Source of the DNA: Meiothermus sp. | GTDB lineage: Bacteria; Deinococcota; Deinococci; Deinococcales; Thermaceae | Length of the DNA stretch: 64,000 bases | Assembly: GCA_033762915.1 (NCBI GenBank) | Contig: JANRLD010000054.1 | Location: 35,708 to 99,707, forward strand | Direction of reading: 5' to 3' | In this document: positions 27,966-39,079 of the stretch, one piece after another | How positions within the stretch are numbered: the stretch's first letter is position 1 | Layout of the letters: every line of letters starts with the position of its first letter | Notes under the pieces: generated by a model | What the model saw: the letters and a program-made list of their open reading frames with translations, nothing else | Databases searched by the model: none | Told to the model about the DNA's origin: nothing | Translations under genes and position numbers: made by a program

Positions 27966-29702
27966 TCAGGCGGTGGCGTTGGAGTTGCCGGGCGCAAAGC
28001 GCTGCTTTAGGGCATGGGGTCCAAGGCGGTAACAGAAGTCGCCGAAGGCCTCGCCGTCGTGGCGCTCACGCTTGAACGCCGCCAGCACCGGCTCGAGTCG
28101 CGCTGCGATTTCCTCGCGCTTTACGTTGTCCAGGAATACCTCTCCCAGCCGCGTCCCCAGTCGGCTCCCGCCGAGGTACACCGTGTAGCTGTTCAGGCTT
28201 CGGCCCACCAGCCCTACCTCAGCGCTGTAGGGGCGGGCGCAGCCGTTGGGGCAGCCGGTCATGCGCACATGGGGGGCCGGTCCGTCTGCCAGCTCCAGCT
28301 TTTCGAGCAATGCATCCAACTCCCGCGTAACCTCGGGCATCACCCGCTCACTCTCGGTTATGGCCAGTCCGCAGGTGGGCAGAGCCGGGCAGGCCATGGC
28401 GTTCCTTACCACCGGCGGGACGGCCTCGAAGCGCACCACCCCGTGACCGGCAAAAATCGCCTCAATCTGGGGCCGGTCCTGAGGGGCGATGTTCACGAAC
28501 AGAATGTTCTGCTGCGCGGTCAGCCGGGTCTCGAGGCCGAAAGTCTGCACCACTTCGCGTATGGCCGCCCTGAGGTTGTCCTTGACCCGCCCGTTCTCCA
28601 CGAACAGCCCGAAAAACAGCCGCCCGTCGCCTTGCTCCTGCCAGCCCAGGTGGTCGTCGCCGGAGAGCCACTCCAGGGGCTGGGGGTCGGGCAGGGCAGC
28701 CCCGTAGTACTTCTCCACCTCGGCCTTGAAGCGCCCCAAGCCCCACGCCTCGACCAAGTACTTCATGCGGCTGAACTTTCGATCATCGCGTCGTCCATGG
28801 TCGCGCTGGACCCTCACGATGGCCTCGACGACCTCGAGCAACTGCCCCGGCGCAACGGTGGCCAACGGCTTGCCCAGCACAGGATGGGTGTCCTTAGCGC
28901 CGTGGCTCTGACCCAGCCCTCCGCCCACCAGCAGGGTGAAGGCGACCAGCTCCTCCCCCTCCACTACCGGCACGATGCCAATGTCCTGGGTGTAGGCATC
29001 CACGCAGTTATCGCCCGGTGATGCGAAGGCGATCTTGAACTTGCGCGGCAGGTAGGTGTCGCCGTAGAGCGGCTCGACCCCATCACTTACGGGCGGCTGG
29101 GGGCTGCGGGACTTCTCCTCGAGGCTGGCCGCCCGTTCGCCGTCGAGCCAGATTTCGTAGTAGGCCCGGCTGCGCGGCTTAAGGCGGTCAGAGAGTTGCT
29201 TGGCGTAGGACATCACCTCGGCCCTGGCCTGGCTCACCAGCGGGGCCGGGCAGGCCACAATGTTGCGCACCACGTCGCCGCAAGCCGAGAGCGCGGTGAG
29301 CAGGTGGTCGTCGAGTACGTTCATTAGCGGGCGCAGGCCGCCCTTGCGCACCCCGTGGTACTGGATGGCCTGGCGGGTGGTAATACGCAGGGTGGCATTG
29401 CCCAGCTTGTCGGTGAGGGCGTCGAGAGCGAGGTACTGGTCGGGGGTCAGCACCCCACCCGGAATCGCCACTCGGATCATGTACGAGTAGTCGGGACCGA
29501 GCCCCTGCGCTTTGCGGGCCTTGCGGATGTCGCGGTCGTCCTGCTGGTAGATGCCGTGGAACTTGAGGATCTGGTAGGCGTCCTCGCTGAAGTGGTCGGA
29601 GCCATTGTGCAGCTCGCTGTCCACCGGGCCGCGCAGGTGACGGCTGGCGGTCTTGAGGTGCTCGTTCTTGGATAGTTTTTGGGTGGCTTGTGGTTCAGAC
29701 AT
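27966..29702 (-). CDS. cysI: assimilatory sulfite reductase, siroheme/[4Fe-4S] hemoprotein (CysI/Sir)
   Basis: KFHGIYQQDDRD, RITTRQ, ACGDVVRN, YLPRKFK, ACPALPTCGLA and TGCPNGC; AGGAG RBS. Confidence 0.93.
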   Translation of the reverse strand: MSEPQATQKLSKNEHLKTASRHLRGPVDSELHNGSDHFSEDAYQILKFHGIYQQDDRDIRKARKAQGLGPDYSYMIRVAIPGGVLTPDQYLALDALTDKLGNATLRITTRQAIQYHGVRKGGLRPLMNVLDDHLLTALSACGDVVRNIVACPAPLVSQARAEVMSYAKQLSDRLKPRSRAYYEIWLDGERAASLEEKSRSPQPPVSDGVEPLYGDTYLPRKFKIAFASPGDNCVDAYTQDIGIVPVVEGEELVAFTLLVGGGLGQSHGAKDTHPVLGKPLATVAPGQLLEVVEAIVRVQRDHGRRDDRKFSRMKYLVEAWGLGRFKAEVEKYYGAALPDPQPLEWLSGDDHLGWQEQGDGRLFFGLFVENGRVKDNLRAAIREVVQTFGLETRLTAQQNILFVNIAPQDRPQIEAIFAGHGVVRFEAVPPVVRNAMACPALPTCGLAITESERVMPEVTRELDALLEKLELADGPAPHVRMTGCPNGCARPYSAEVGLVGRSLNSYTVYLGGSRLGTRLGEVFLDNVKREEIAARLEPVLAAFKRERHDGEAFGDFCYRLGPHALKQRFAPGNSNATA

Positions 29703-29734
29703 TAGATAGCTCCTAGGACAGATGTGCTAATTGC

Positions 29735-29749
29735 TGATAAAGATTGTAA
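29735..29749. promoter_or_regulatory. operator-like motif copy (TGATAA-AGA-TTGTAA)
   Basis: 11/14 match to GACAAAACTTGTAA at 40527; lies upstream of the sulfite reductase start. Confidence 0.5.
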
Positions 29750-29761
29750 TCTATTTGAGCG

Positions 29762-30349
29762 ATGGCCACACCCTCCCAGCCCGAACCCCTGACACCCGTC
29801 TGCACCCAGGCCCTCAAGGAGTGGGATGCGCAGGTACAGGCCCTGGCCCTGGGGCGCTTTGCCTTGGTGGTACGCAAGGGGGGCATCTGGGAAGTGCGGC
29901 GCGGCTTCGAGGTGCGGCACAGCCGCTTCTGGCTCTACCCGACCTTCCTGCACCAGAACCCCCTCGAGCTGCGCCCCTCCCACGCCGATCTGCTGCGCCC
30001 CGACCCCGCGCCGGGTCGGGTGTCTCTGGGGGCGCTGGCCGAGGTGGCGGCGGTCTGGAAGGTGACCGACCTGGGGCGGGCACGGGGCCTCGAGGGCTAC
30101 CAGGGCCTCAGCGCTGAGGCCCTCGAGCGCCGCTTCCGCTACAAGGACAGGCCCTGGGTACACGCGGTGCTGCTTCGGGTGCGGCGGCTGAGCAACCCGC
30201 TGACGGTGGCCGAGACCAAAGCCTACGCGGGCTGCGTCTCCTGGGTGGAACTGGACGAAGCCCTGAGCACCGATGGCGCGGTGCCGGTGCTGCCGGAAGA
30301 CCGCCTCGAGGCCCTGCAGGCTGAGCTGGACGGGCGTTTGGTTGGGTAG
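29762..30349 (+). CDS. DUF1802 family protein
   Basis: ALKEW...RKGGIWE..F...FWLYPTFLHQ and YAGCVSWV. Confidence 0.8.
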   Translation: MATPSQPEPLTPVCTQALKEWDAQVQALALGRFALVVRKGGIWEVRRGFEVRHSRFWLYPTFLHQNPLELRPSHADLLRPDPAPGRVSLGALAEVAAVWKVTDLGRARGLEGYQGLSAEALERRFRYKDRPWVHAVLLRVRRLSNPLTVAETKAYAGCVSWVELDEALSTDGAVPVLPEDRLEALQAELDGRLVG

Positions 30350-30353
30350 GCGG

Positions 30354-31151
30354 TCAGCGCCCGACCCCCCGCGAGGGCAGCGGAACCACCAGCGGGCCGG
30401 GGTGGGCGGGGTGCGGGTGAACCTCGACCTCGAGGCGGAACACCTCCCAGATGGTCTGTGGCTGTAGCACCTGCCGGGGGGTTCCAGTTACCCACAGCCG
30501 GCCCTGGTGCAGCAAGGCGATGCGGTCGGCGTAGGTGGCGGCCAGGTTGAGGTCGTGCAAAACCGCCAGTACCCCCAGCCCCTCGGCCGCCAGGGTGCGG
30601 GCTAAACCAAGGGTGTGGTGCTGGTGAGCGGGGTCGAGGCTGGCGGTGGGTTCGTCGAGTAGCAGATAGCGGTTGCCTCCGCTGAGCGACTCCCAGACCT
30701 GGGCCAGTACCCGCGCCAGCATCACCCGTTGACGCTCGCCGCCCGAGAGGTCAGGGAAGAGGCGCTCGGCCAGGTGCAAGGCCTCGGTCTTGTTCAGTGC
30801 GGCACGGGCGATCTCGAGATCGTGTGGGTTCTCGGAAAGTTGGATGTGGGGGTTGCGACCCAAGAGGGCTACCTCGAGGGCGGTGAAGGGGAACTCCAGG
30901 CGCGAGAACTGCGGCAGCACCGCCCGGCGCTGGGCTTGCTGGAGGACACTAAACCCCGCCAGGGGGCGACCCTCGAGCCACACCCCCTTCCCACCGAAGT
31001 CGCCCGCGAGTGCGCGCAGCAGGCTGGTCTTGCCCGCCCCGTTGGGGCCGAGCAGGGCCAGCACCTCTCCCGGCCTAACATCTAGTGACACCTTTCGGAG
31101 CACCGTTCGGCCGCCTAGGTTCAAGTTGAGGTCGCGGGCCTCGAGGCTCAT
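30354..31151 (-). CDS. hmuV: heme ABC transporter ATP-binding protein
   Basis: GPNGAGKT, RAVLPQ, LSGGERQRVMLARVLAQ, LLLDEPTASLD..HQH, VLHDLNLAA. Confidence 0.88.
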   Translation of the reverse strand: MSLEARDLNLNLGGRTVLRKVSLDVRPGEVLALLGPNGAGKTSLLRALAGDFGGKGVWLEGRPLAGFSVLQQAQRRAVLPQFSRLEFPFTALEVALLGRNPHIQLSENPHDLEIARAALNKTEALHLAERLFPDLSGGERQRVMLARVLAQVWESLSGGNRYLLLDEPTASLDPAHQHHTLGLARTLAAEGLGVLAVLHDLNLAATYADRIALLHQGRLWVTGTPRQVLQPQTIWEVFRLEVEVHPHPAHPGPLVVPLPSRGVGR

Positions 31152-32227
31152 CCGTGAACCCTCCGCCGCAGTACCAGGGCCAGAAAGAACGGAGCACCCA
31201 CCAGCGCGGTGATTACCCCGATGGGAAGCTCGGCGGGTACCGCCAGGGTGCGGGCAAGCAGGTCGGCCCCCAGCAGCAGCGCGGCCCCCAACAGCAGCGC
31301 GGCGGGCATCAGGCGGCGGTGGTCGGCCCCCAACCACAACCGCGCCAGGTGCGGCACCACCAGGCCCACAAAGCCGATCAGGCCCGTCACCGAGACCGCC
31401 GCCCCCACCGCCAGGGCCGCCAGCGCAATAAGGCTGCGCCGTACGGCCTCCACCTCTACGCCAAGGTGGCGGGCTTCCTGTTCGCCCAGCAGCAGCAGGT
31501 TAAGCGCTCGAGCCTGCAGCGGCAAGCCCCAAAGCGCCAGCCCGACCCAGGGCAAAACCCCCAGCAGGGTCTCCCAACTGGCTCCGCCCAGGCTGCCCAA
31601 GCGCCAAAAGGTGATGGCCCGAAGCTGGGCTTCGTTGGCCCCAAACAGAATTAGGCCCACCCCTGCCGCGGCCAGCGCGTTGAGCGCGATGCCCACCAGC
31701 AGCATGGTGGTGACGTTGACCCGGCCTCCCCGACTGGCAAGGCGGTAGACCATCCAAGCGAAAAGCAGTGCTCCCGCAAAGGCCGCCAGCGGCACTGCCA
31801 GGTGTCCCAGCAGGCCCAGCGCGGCCAGACCCAGCAGGTTGGGCGCGAGTGCCACAGCGGCAAACAGGGCGGCCCCACTGCTGACGCCGATCAGGCCGGG
31901 GTCGGCCAGAGGGTTGCGGAACAAACCCTGTAGGGCAGCCCCCGCGCAGGCCAGCGCGGCCCCCACCAGCGCCGACAGCAGAACACGCGGCAGACGAATC
32001 TCCCACAACACGTAGGCTTGCGCGGGGCTAAAGGCGACCCCCAGGTCTAGACCGAAGCGCTCGGCCAGTATCGCCGCCGCTTGCTGAGGGGAGATGTTGA
32101 CCGCCCCGATCAGAACCGAGGCCGTAGCCAGCAGCATCAGCCCCACCCCGAGCAACACCAGCGCCAGACGAGGGTGGTTGCGCCCAATCGTCCCCAGGGT
32201 GCGAAGCGCGGGCAGGGCCCGGGTCAT
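31148..32227 (-). CDS. hmuU: heme/FecCD-type ABC transporter permease
   Basis: IRLPR, QGLFRNPLADPGLIGVSSGA, IGFVGLVVPH, ELPIGVIT. Confidence 0.88.
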   Translation of the reverse strand: MTRALPALRTLGTIGRNHPRLALVLLGVGLMLLATASVLIGAVNISPQQAAAILAERFGLDLGVAFSPAQAYVLWEIRLPRVLLSALVGAALACAGAALQGLFRNPLADPGLIGVSSGAALFAAVALAPNLLGLAALGLLGHLAVPLAAFAGALLFAWMVYRLASRGGRVNVTTMLLVGIALNALAAAGVGLILFGANEAQLRAITFWRLGSLGGASWETLLGVLPWVGLALWGLPLQARALNLLLLGEQEARHLGVEVEAVRRSLIALAALAVGAAVSVTGLIGFVGLVVPHLARLWLGADHRRLMPAALLLGAALLLGADLLARTLAVPAELPIGVITALVGAPFFLALVLRRRVHG

Positions 32228-33159
32228 GGGCGCTGGGCAACCCGAAGTTCGGGGTGAAGAGCAAGGGTCAGCTCGAGGATGGCCTGCCCCGCCCGCGGCC
32301 CGAAACCCAGCAGATAGTTGCCCTCGAAGCTCAGGATGCGACGGTTCCGTCCCGCCGGGGTGGCGGCAACGCCGGGCGTCTTGAGGAAGCCCTCGATACC
32401 CCCCACGGCTTGAAGGCCCCGGTCTAGCATCACGATGTAGTCGGGCTGGGCCAGCACCAGCGCCTCGGCGGTGATGGCCTTGTAGCCGCTGTAGCCGGTG
32501 ACCGCGTTGACCCCGCCCGCAAGCTTAATCATGCTGTCGGCGGCGGTGCCGGTGCCCGAGAGGGTCAGGTTGCCGCTGCCCGAGGAGTAAACGAACACCA
32601 CCCTGGGGCGTTGGTGAATCTGGCTGTACAGCGCCCTGGCCTGCAGGGCTCCGACCTCGATGCGGCGCACCAGAGCCTCGGCGCGCTCATCTAGGGCCAG
32701 GGCTTTGCCGATGAGGCGGATGTTGGCCTTGACCCCTTCCAGGCTGGGGGTGTCGTCCACCAACAGCAGCGGCACCCCCGAGCCGCGCAGCTGGACCAGC
32801 ACGGCGGGGGGCCCGGTGTCGTCCACGGCGATGATGAGGCTGGGGCCAAGCGACAGCACGCCCTCCGCGCCCAGGCTGCGCCGATACCCCACCTGGGGGA
32901 GCTTTTGCGCGGCGGCAGGGAAGTTGGAGCTGCTGTCCACTCCCACCAGCCGCTTTTCTGCGCCCAGCGCATATATAATTTCGGTGACCGACGACCCAAC
33001 CGCGATGACCCTCGAGGTGTCCTTAATGAGCAAAGTCTGGCCGCTCGCGTCGCGCACCGCGCCTTGGGCCAGGGTCAGCCCCAGCATTAACATCGCCGTG
33101 GCCAGGGTTGATCTGAATATGGGTCCTGCCCAATGCCTGATTGTCTTCCAACGCCTCAT
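32224..33159 (-). CDS. hmuT: heme ABC transporter substrate-binding protein
   Basis: VTEIIYALG, VGYRRSLGAEGVLSL (Tyr heme-ligand motif), LLGFGPR; AAGGAGG RBS. Confidence 0.85.
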   Translation of the reverse strand: MRRWKTIRHWAGPIFRSTLATAMLMLGLTLAQGAVRDASGQTLLIKDTSRVIAVGSSVTEIIYALGAEKRLVGVDSSSNFPAAAQKLPQVGYRRSLGAEGVLSLGPSLIIAVDDTGPPAVLVQLRGSGVPLLLVDDTPSLEGVKANIRLIGKALALDERAEALVRRIEVGALQARALYSQIHQRPRVVFVYSSGSGNLTLSGTGTAADSMIKLAGGVNAVTGYSGYKAITAEALVLAQPDYIVMLDRGLQAVGGIEGFLKTPGVAATPAGRNRRILSFEGNYLLGFGPRAGQAILELTLALHPELRVAQRP

Positions 33160-33243
33160 CTTTGGGGTACCTCCTTGCAGCCGCGCCAGCGCGGGTCGGT
33201 TGCCTATAGCCGGTTACGGGATTGGTCTCGCCACAGGGTGCAA

Positions 33244-34227
33244 TCATCTAGCTTCTTGAAAGCGCTCCAGGCTCCTCGCCCTGAAGTACACGGTGCCCCC
33301 TTCCTGCAGACCCCAGTCGCTGATCTGGGCCTTCGGGATCTCGATTTCGAGCCACTGAGCCCCCGGACTGTCAGCGGTCTGAACCTCGAGGCGGGCCAGC
33401 GCACCCACCCGTCTAAGGTGTCGCAGCGTTGCGGGCCGAAATCCCTGGGCCGGCAGGAGGCTGACCTCAAAGTCGTGCGGGCGCACAAAGCCATCCTCCA
33501 GCGCGTTGGAGCGCCCAAGAAAGTGGAACACGAAAGGTGTGGCAGGCCGGTCGTAGACCTCCTCGGGGGCGCCCACTTGCTCCACGCGGCCGTTGTTGAA
33601 CACGACCACCCTGCTGGCGATCTCCAGGGCCTCCTCCTGGTCGTGTGTGACAAAGACGCTGGTCAGGCCCAACTGGTCATGCAACTGGCGCAGCCAGCGG
33701 CGCAACTCCTCGCGCACCTTGGCGTCCAGGGCCCCGAAGGGCTCGTCCAGCAGGAGTACCTGCGGCTCCACCGCCAGCGCCCGCGCCAGCGCAACCCGCT
33801 GCCGCTGCCCGCCCGAGAGCTGGCTGGGGTGGCGCTGTGCAAGACCCTCGAGCCGCACCAGCCCCAGTAGCTCATGGACTCTGGCCTCGAGTTGCTGCCT
33901 ATTCGGGCGGCGCCCCGCCCCGCGTACCCGCAGCCCAAAGGCCACGTTCTCAAAGACCGTCAGGTGGCCGAACAGCGCGTAGTGCTGGAAAACGAACCCG
34001 ACCCGCCGCTGTCCGGGGGGACGCAGGGTGGCATCCTCGTCACCGAACCAGACCTGCCCTTGCTCGGGGGTCTCGAGGCCCGCGATCACCCGCAGCAGGG
34101 TGGTCTTGCCCGAGCCTGAGGGCCCCAGGAGGGCCACCAGCTCCCCGCTCCCGATGTTGAGGCTGACCCCGCTCAGCGCGGCGTAGCGCCCGAAGTGTTT
34201 GCTCACGTTCTCGATGCTGATGTTCAT
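33244..34227 (-). CDS. cysA: sulfate/thiosulfate ABC transporter ATP-binding protein
   Basis: [41 protein letters not shown] overlaps the cysW stop. Confidence 0.93.
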   Translation of the reverse strand: MNISIENVSKHFGRYAALSGVSLNIGSGELVALLGPSGSGKTTLLRVIAGLETPEQGQVWFGDEDATLRPPGQRRVGFVFQHYALFGHLTVFENVAFGLRVRGAGRRPNRQQLEARVHELLGLVRLEGLAQRHPSQLSGGQRQRVALARALAVEPQVLLLDEPFGALDAKVREELRRWLRQLHDQLGLTSVFVTHDQEEALEIASRVVVFNNGRVEQVGAPEEVYDRPATPFVFHFLGRSNALEDGFVRPHDFEVSLLPAQGFRPATLRHLRRVGALARLEVQTADSPGAQWLEIEIPKAQISDWGLQEGGTVYFRARSLERFQEAR

Positions 34228-35075
34228 GTTGTCTCTTTCGTACGCCAACCCAGTACGCTCTTCGCCAGCAGCGTCAGCAGCGCCAGGAAGGCCAAAAGCG
34301 AGGCCACCGCGAAGGCAGCGACGGTCTGATACTCGTTGTACAGCATCTCGACGTGCAGTGGAACCGTTGTGGTGAGGCCCCGGATGTGCCCCGAGACCAC
34401 CGCCACCGCGCCGAACTCGCCCATCGCCCTGGCGTTGCACATGATCACGCCGTACAGCAGGCCCCAGCGGATGCGCGGCAGGGTGACCCGCCAAAATATC
34501 TGCCAGCCCGAAGCCCCCAGGGTTAGGGCAGCCTCTTCCTCGTCCTTCCCCTGGGCTTCCATCAGCGGGATCAGCTCACGGGCGACATAGGCGAAGGTAA
34601 CGAAGCAGGTCGCCAGCACGATACCGGGGAGGGCGAAAATGATTTTGATGTCCTGGGACTCGAGCCAGGGCCCAAAGAAGCCCTGCCGCCCGAACAAAAG
34701 CACATAAACCAGCCCCGAGATCACCGGAGAGACCGCCAGCGGCAGCTCGATCAGCGAGACCAGCAGCCCACGCCCGGGAAAGCGGTACTTGGCGATGGCC
34801 CAGGCCGCCGCTACCCCGAACAGGGTATTGAGCGGCACCACGATGGCAATCACGCTGAGGGTCAGGCGTACTGCTGCCAGCGCGTCGGCCTCCGAGACGG
34901 CGTTGAGGTACGGCGAGAGGCCCCGTCGGAAAGCCTCCGCAAAGACCGCCACCAGTGGGAGCACCAGAAACAGGCCTACAAAGCTGAGGCTCAGCCCGAC
35001 CAGCAGCCGGCCCGACCAGCCGTTCCCCCCTCGCCGCCGCGGGGTCAGGGTGCCCAGCGGTAGAACCCGCCTCAT
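34224..35075 (-). CDS. cysW: sulfate ABC transporter permease CysW
   Basis: [36 protein letters not shown]. Confidence 0.95.
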   Translation of the reverse strand: MRRVLPLGTLTPRRRGGNGWSGRLLVGLSLSFVGLFLVLPLVAVFAEAFRRGLSPYLNAVSEADALAAVRLTLSVIAIVVPLNTLFGVAAAWAIAKYRFPGRGLLVSLIELPLAVSPVISGLVYVLLFGRQGFFGPWLESQDIKIIFALPGIVLATCFVTFAYVARELIPLMEAQGKDEEEAALTLGASGWQIFWRVTLPRIRWGLLYGVIMCNARAMGEFGAVAVVSGHIRGLTTTVPLHVEMLYNEYQTVAAFAVASLLAFLALLTLLAKSVLGWRTKETT

Positions 35076-35923
35076 CGGCCGAGCCTCCGCGCCAACAGAG
35101 CTTGAATCGCGCCCAGGCCCAGAAGCAGGACCAGCGAAATCAGCAGCATCGCCGCGCCAATCACCGCAGCGCCGCCGTAGTCATACTGCTCGAGCCGCGC
35201 CACGATCAGCAGCGGGGCAATCTCGGTCTTGAGCGGCAAGTTGCCCGAGATAAACACGACCGAGCCGTACTCACCCACGGTGCGGGCGAAGGCCAGGGTG
35301 AAACCCGCCAGGAGTGCGGGCAGCAGCGGCGGCAAAATCACCCGCCAGAAAGTCTGGGCTGGGCTGGCCCCCAGGGTGAGGGCGGCTTCCTCGAGCTCTT
35401 TGCCGGTATCCTCGAGCACGGGCTGCACCGTGCGCACCACAAACGGAATACCGATGAAGATCAGGGCCACCAGCACGCCCAACTGGGTATAGGCCACCTT
35501 GACGCCCAGCGGCTCGAGTAGGCTGCCGACCCAGCCGTTGGGGGCCAGCAGCGCAGTCAGGGTGATGCCCGCCACCGCCGTCGGGAGCGCGAAGGGCAAG
35601 TCCACCAGCGCGTCCACCAGCCGCTTGCCCGGGAACTGGTGCCGCACCAGCACCCAGGCCAGAAGCAGCCCGAACGGCACGTTAATCAGCGAGGCCAGCG
35701 CCGCAGCCCCAAAGGACAGTTGAAGGGCAGCCACCACTCGAGGCGACGACAGCAGTTCCCACGCCGCCTCGGGCGTTACCGTGGCGGCCTTAAGGGCCAG
35801 CGCGGCCAGGGGGATCAGCACAATCAGGCTCAAGTACAGCAAGCTGTAGCCCAGTGCAAGCCCCAGCCCCGGAAGTACGGGGCGGGGACGGCGCGGGCGG
35901 GATATGGGGGTGCGTAGGGTCAT
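35072..35923 (-). CDS. cysT: sulfate ABC transporter permease CysT
   Basis: [42 protein letters not shown]. Confidence 0.95.
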   Translation of the reverse strand: MTLRTPISRPRRPRPVLPGLGLALGYSLLYLSLIVLIPLAALALKAATVTPEAAWELLSSPRVVAALQLSFGAAALASLINVPFGLLLAWVLVRHQFPGKRLVDALVDLPFALPTAVAGITLTALLAPNGWVGSLLEPLGVKVAYTQLGVLVALIFIGIPFVVRTVQPVLEDTGKELEEAALTLGASPAQTFWRVILPPLLPALLAGFTLAFARTVGEYGSVVFISGNLPLKTEIAPLLIVARLEQYDYGGAAVIGAAMLLISLVLLLGLGAIQALLARRLGR

Positions 35924-36906
35924 TGTCCCGGCTTGTAGATCTGGTCAAAGATGCCGCCGTCGTTAAAGAACTTGGCCTGTGCCGCGCGCCAGCCGCCAAA
36001 CTGCTGCTGGATGGTGAACAGGGGGACTTTGGTGAACTGGTTGGCGTAGCGCTGGGCCACGCTTTGGAGGCGGGGGCGGTAGTAGTTCTTGGCGATGATC
36101 TCCTGGCCTTGGGCGCTGTACAAGAAGTTGAGGTAGCTCTGCACCAGCGGCAGGTTGTTCTTCTTCTGGACGGTGCGATCCACCCAGGTCACCGGTGGCT
36201 CGGCCAGGATGCTGATGGAAGGGGTCACGATCTCGAACTTGTCGGTCCCGAACTCCTTGAGGGCCAGGAAGGCTTCGTTCTCCCAGGACAAGAACACGTC
36301 ACCGATACCGCGCTCGGCAAAGGTGGTGAGGGAGCCCCTGGCCCCCGTGTCCAGCACCGGCACGTTCTGGTAAAGCGCGCTCACAAACTCCTGCGCCCTG
36401 GCCTCGCTACCCAGCCTGCGCAGGGCATACCCCCAGGCCGCCAGGAAGTTCCAACGCGCGCCGCCGGAGGTCTTGGGGTTGGGGGTGATGACCGACACTC
36501 CGGGTTTTATCAGGTCGTCCCAGTCTTTTATGGCCTTGGGGTTGCCCTTGCGAACCAGAAACACGATGGTCGAGGTGTAGGGCGAGGAGTTGAAGGGAAG
36601 TCGCCGCTGCCAGTTGGGCGCGATTAGGCCTCGGTCAGCGATTGCGTCGATGTCGAAGGCCAAGGCCAAAGTCACCACGTCGGCCTCGAGGCCGTCAATC
36701 ACGCTTCGGGCCTGGCGAGCCGAGCCCCCGTGCGACTGGTTGAAGGTCACGGTCTGGCCCGTGCGCTCTTTCCAGTAGGCCGCGAAGGCGCGGTTGATCT
36801 CTACATACAGCTCGCGGGTGGGGTCGTAGGAGACGTTGAGGATGTTTTGGGCCAGGGCCGTGCCGAAAAAAGCACTTGCGATTAGGATTACGATCAATCG
36901 TTTCAT
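35920..36906 (-). CDS. sbp: sulfate ABC transporter substrate-binding protein
   Basis: [43 protein letters not shown] before ATG 36906. Confidence 0.95.
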   Translation of the reverse strand: MKRLIVILIASAFFGTALAQNILNVSYDPTRELYVEINRAFAAYWKERTGQTVTFNQSHGGSARQARSVIDGLEADVVTLALAFDIDAIADRGLIAPNWQRRLPFNSSPYTSTIVFLVRKGNPKAIKDWDDLIKPGVSVITPNPKTSGGARWNFLAAWGYALRRLGSEARAQEFVSALYQNVPVLDTGARGSLTTFAERGIGDVFLSWENEAFLALKEFGTDKFEIVTPSISILAEPPVTWVDRTVQKKNNLPLVQSYLNFLYSAQGQEIIAKNYYRPRLQSVAQRYANQFTKVPLFTIQQQFGGWRAAQAKFFNDGGIFDQIYKPGQ

Positions 36907-36995
36907 GGGTGTTCTCCTGAACATGGGCGGGCTTCGGGTCGGGGTAATGCTCCAGGCCATCGACAGCCATAATCGCTACACACACCCACCTCCCC

Positions 36996-38150
36996 TCAGA
37001 TTGCCTCTGCGGGCTGGGTAAGGTGGGCTTTTCGCAACACCTCGGCCACCTCGGGGCGGGTGAACTCTGCAGGCAGTTCAGCGCCGGAGCGCAGCAGTTC
37101 GCGGACTTTGGTTCCCGAGAGCACCAGGTGGTGGCTGCTGTCGTGTGGGCAGGTTCGGCTGCTGACCACCGAACCGCAGGTTTTGCAGTGAAACGTGTGC
37201 TCGAACTTGAGGATCTGTATCCCGATCTCATCGGCGGTGAACTGTTCAAAAACTTGCTGGGCCTCGTAGGTGCCGTAGTAGTTGCCCACGCCCGCGTGGT
37301 CACGCCCAACGATGAAGTGGGTGCAGCCGTAGTTCTTGCGGCTGATGGCGTGGAGAACCGCTTCGCGCGGCCCCGCGTAGCGCATCGCGGCGGGGTACAC
37401 CCCCAGCAGCACGCGGTCGCTCGGGTAATACCGTTCGAGTAGTACCTCGTAGGCCCGCATTCGTACCTCGGCGGGCACGTCGTCGGATTTGGTTGCGCCG
37501 ACCAGCGGGTTCAGGAACAGTCCGTCGATTTGCTCGAGGGCCACCTTGTGCAAATACTCGTGGGCGCGGTGGATGGGGTTGCGGGTCTGGAAGGCCACGA
37601 CGGTTTTCCAGTCGCCGAACAGGGCGCGGGTCTCGAGCGGGGTGAAGTGGTGGGCGGGGAAAGGACCTCGGTTCAGAGCAAATAGGCTGATCCGACCCGC
37701 CAGGTTGACCTCGCCCTGCGCCAACAGCGCTGCCACGCCGGGGTGAGCGGGGTCGGTGGTGCGGTAGACCTCGAGCGCCTCCTTCTGCTTGTCGGGCCGG
37801 TACTGCTCACTCACCTCCAGCAAACCCAACGTCACGCCGCCCACGGTAAGGCGGACATCGCCGCGGTACCGGGCTGCCTGTTCTGTAGACACACCTAAGG
37901 TGATGGGGATACCCCAGGGCAAGCCATTGCTGAGGCGCATGCGCTCGACCACGCTGGTGTAGTCGGCCTGGCCCAGAAACCCCTCGAGCGGAGAATACAC
38001 CCCGGTGGCGATCAGCTCGAGGTCGGCGAGGCCCCGCTCGGAAAGCTCGAGGGCCGGCAGATGCGCGAACTCTCCTGCCTCGGCCTCGACTAGCCGGTTG
38101 ACCAGCGTCCCGCCATGGGGCGCAACTCTTTGCGGGCTCCAGCGGCTCAC
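36996..38150 (-). CDS. sat: sulfate adenylyltransferase (ATP sulfurylase)
   Basis: [49 protein letters not shown] before GTG 38150. Confidence 0.96.
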   Translation of the reverse strand: MSRWSPQRVAPHGGTLVNRLVEAEAGEFAHLPALELSERGLADLELIATGVYSPLEGFLGQADYTSVVERMRLSNGLPWGIPITLGVSTEQAARYRGDVRLTVGGVTLGLLEVSEQYRPDKQKEALEVYRTTDPAHPGVAALLAQGEVNLAGRISLFALNRGPFPAHHFTPLETRALFGDWKTVVAFQTRNPIHRAHEYLHKVALEQIDGLFLNPLVGATKSDDVPAEVRMRAYEVLLERYYPSDRVLLGVYPAAMRYAGPREAVLHAISRKNYGCTHFIVGRDHAGVGNYYGTYEAQQVFEQFTADEIGIQILKFEHTFHCKTCGSVVSSRTCPHDSSHHLVLSGTKVRELLRSGAELPAEFTRPEVAEVLRKAHLTQPAEAI

Positions 38151-38174
38151 GTCCTGGCTCCCCAATGCTTTTTG

Positions 38175-38191
38175 TGGACAAAACTTGTCAA
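38175..38191. promoter_or_regulatory. operator-like inverted repeat GACAA-AAC-TTGTC upstream of sat
   Basis: GACAAAACTTGT identical to 40527-40538; overlaps a TTGACA on the minus strand. Confidence 0.65.
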
Positions 38192-38252
38192 CTTTTTCAT
38201 TGCGACGACCCCTATCGGTCCGGCACTGGAAGCTCTGAGCTACTAAGTTGCG

Positions 38253-38356
38253 CCATAGTGAGATTGCAGGACTTCAGCACAGCCTCATCAGCGAGCGGCT
38301 TGTGGGCGCAATTGCCCGATCTATCGGTGAGTGCGGATGCTGCAATTCCACTATGG
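38253..38356. repeat. 104-bp element bounded by imperfect 17-bp inverted repeats (MITE-like)
   Basis: CCATAGTGAGATTGCAG (38253-38269) matches the reverse complement of CTGCAATTCCACTATGG (38340-38356) at 15/17. Confidence 0.5.
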
Positions 38357-38362
38357 AGATAC

Positions 38363-39079
38363 TTAAGTTGGGGGTTCCCAAATCCCGCATTCGGTTTTGC
38401 CCTTGCCCGCCCAGCGGCCCGCCCGCGCATCTTCACCCGGCCGAACTGCCCTCGTACAGGGCCAGCATCCGATGCTGAGGAAGCCTGCCCGGTAGAGCGG
38501 GTTGAGCGGAAGCTGGTGGATCTCTGCGTAGGTCTCGAGCATCTCTCGGCTCCAGAAGGCCAGCGGGTTGACGCGCAGACGCTCGACCGTGGGCTCTAGA
38601 AAGGCAATGCTGGCGCGGGTGCTGCTCTGGTCGCGGCTGCGGGCGTTGAGCAGGGCGGAGGGGTTTTTTTGTCGCAGGTACCCTTGAAGCGGCGCGACCT
38701 TGCGCGCGGCACAGCAGCCATCGGGGTCGGTGGCGTACTGCGGGTTTTCGAATTCCGGCTCGAGGCCCGCGCTCAAACTCACGAACCTGAGCTGGGGATA
38801 GCGCTCCTCCAGCACATCGCGGGTTTGCAAGGTTTCGGGGAAATGGTAGGCAGTGTCCACAAACACCACCTCACCCCGATAACCCGACTGCGCGGCCAGG
38901 TCCAGCAGCACCACCCCGTTGAGGTTGAAGGCGCTGGTCATCAGCGCGTCGGGGTGTGCCCGGAGCGCCCACCGGATGACCGTCCGGGGGTTGGTGTCTT
39001 CCGACCAGATGGGCCAGGGTTCGAGGTCCACCGGTGGATGGCCCGCCCGGCTCAGGCCCCCAGGACCAGGCTTGCTCAT
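38363..39079 (-). CDS. cysH: APS/PAPS reductase, Fe-S type
   Basis: [41 protein letters not shown]. Confidence 0.93.
   Translation of the reverse strand: MSKPGPGGLSRAGHPPVDLEPWPIWSEDTNPRTVIRWALRAHPDALMTSAFNLNGVVLLDLAAQSGYRGEVVFVDTAYHFPETLQTRDVLEERYPQLRFVSLSAGLEPEFENPQYATDPDGCCAARKVAPLQGYLRQKNPSALLNARSRDQSSTRASIAFLEPTVERLRVNPLAFWSREMLETYAEIHQLPLNPLYRAGFLSIGCWPCTRAVRPGEDARAGRWAGKGKTECGIWEPPT

Noticed and set aside
27443..27966. Possible CRISPR array or tRNA in the long intergenic gaps (also 41085-41980)
   Set aside because: No regularly spaced identical repeats and no cloverleaf or T-loop signature seen
33160..33243. Cobalamin riboswitch or Fur box ahead of the FecCD-type transporter
   Set aside because: Gap is only 84 bp, with no B12-box or AT-rich palindrome recognised
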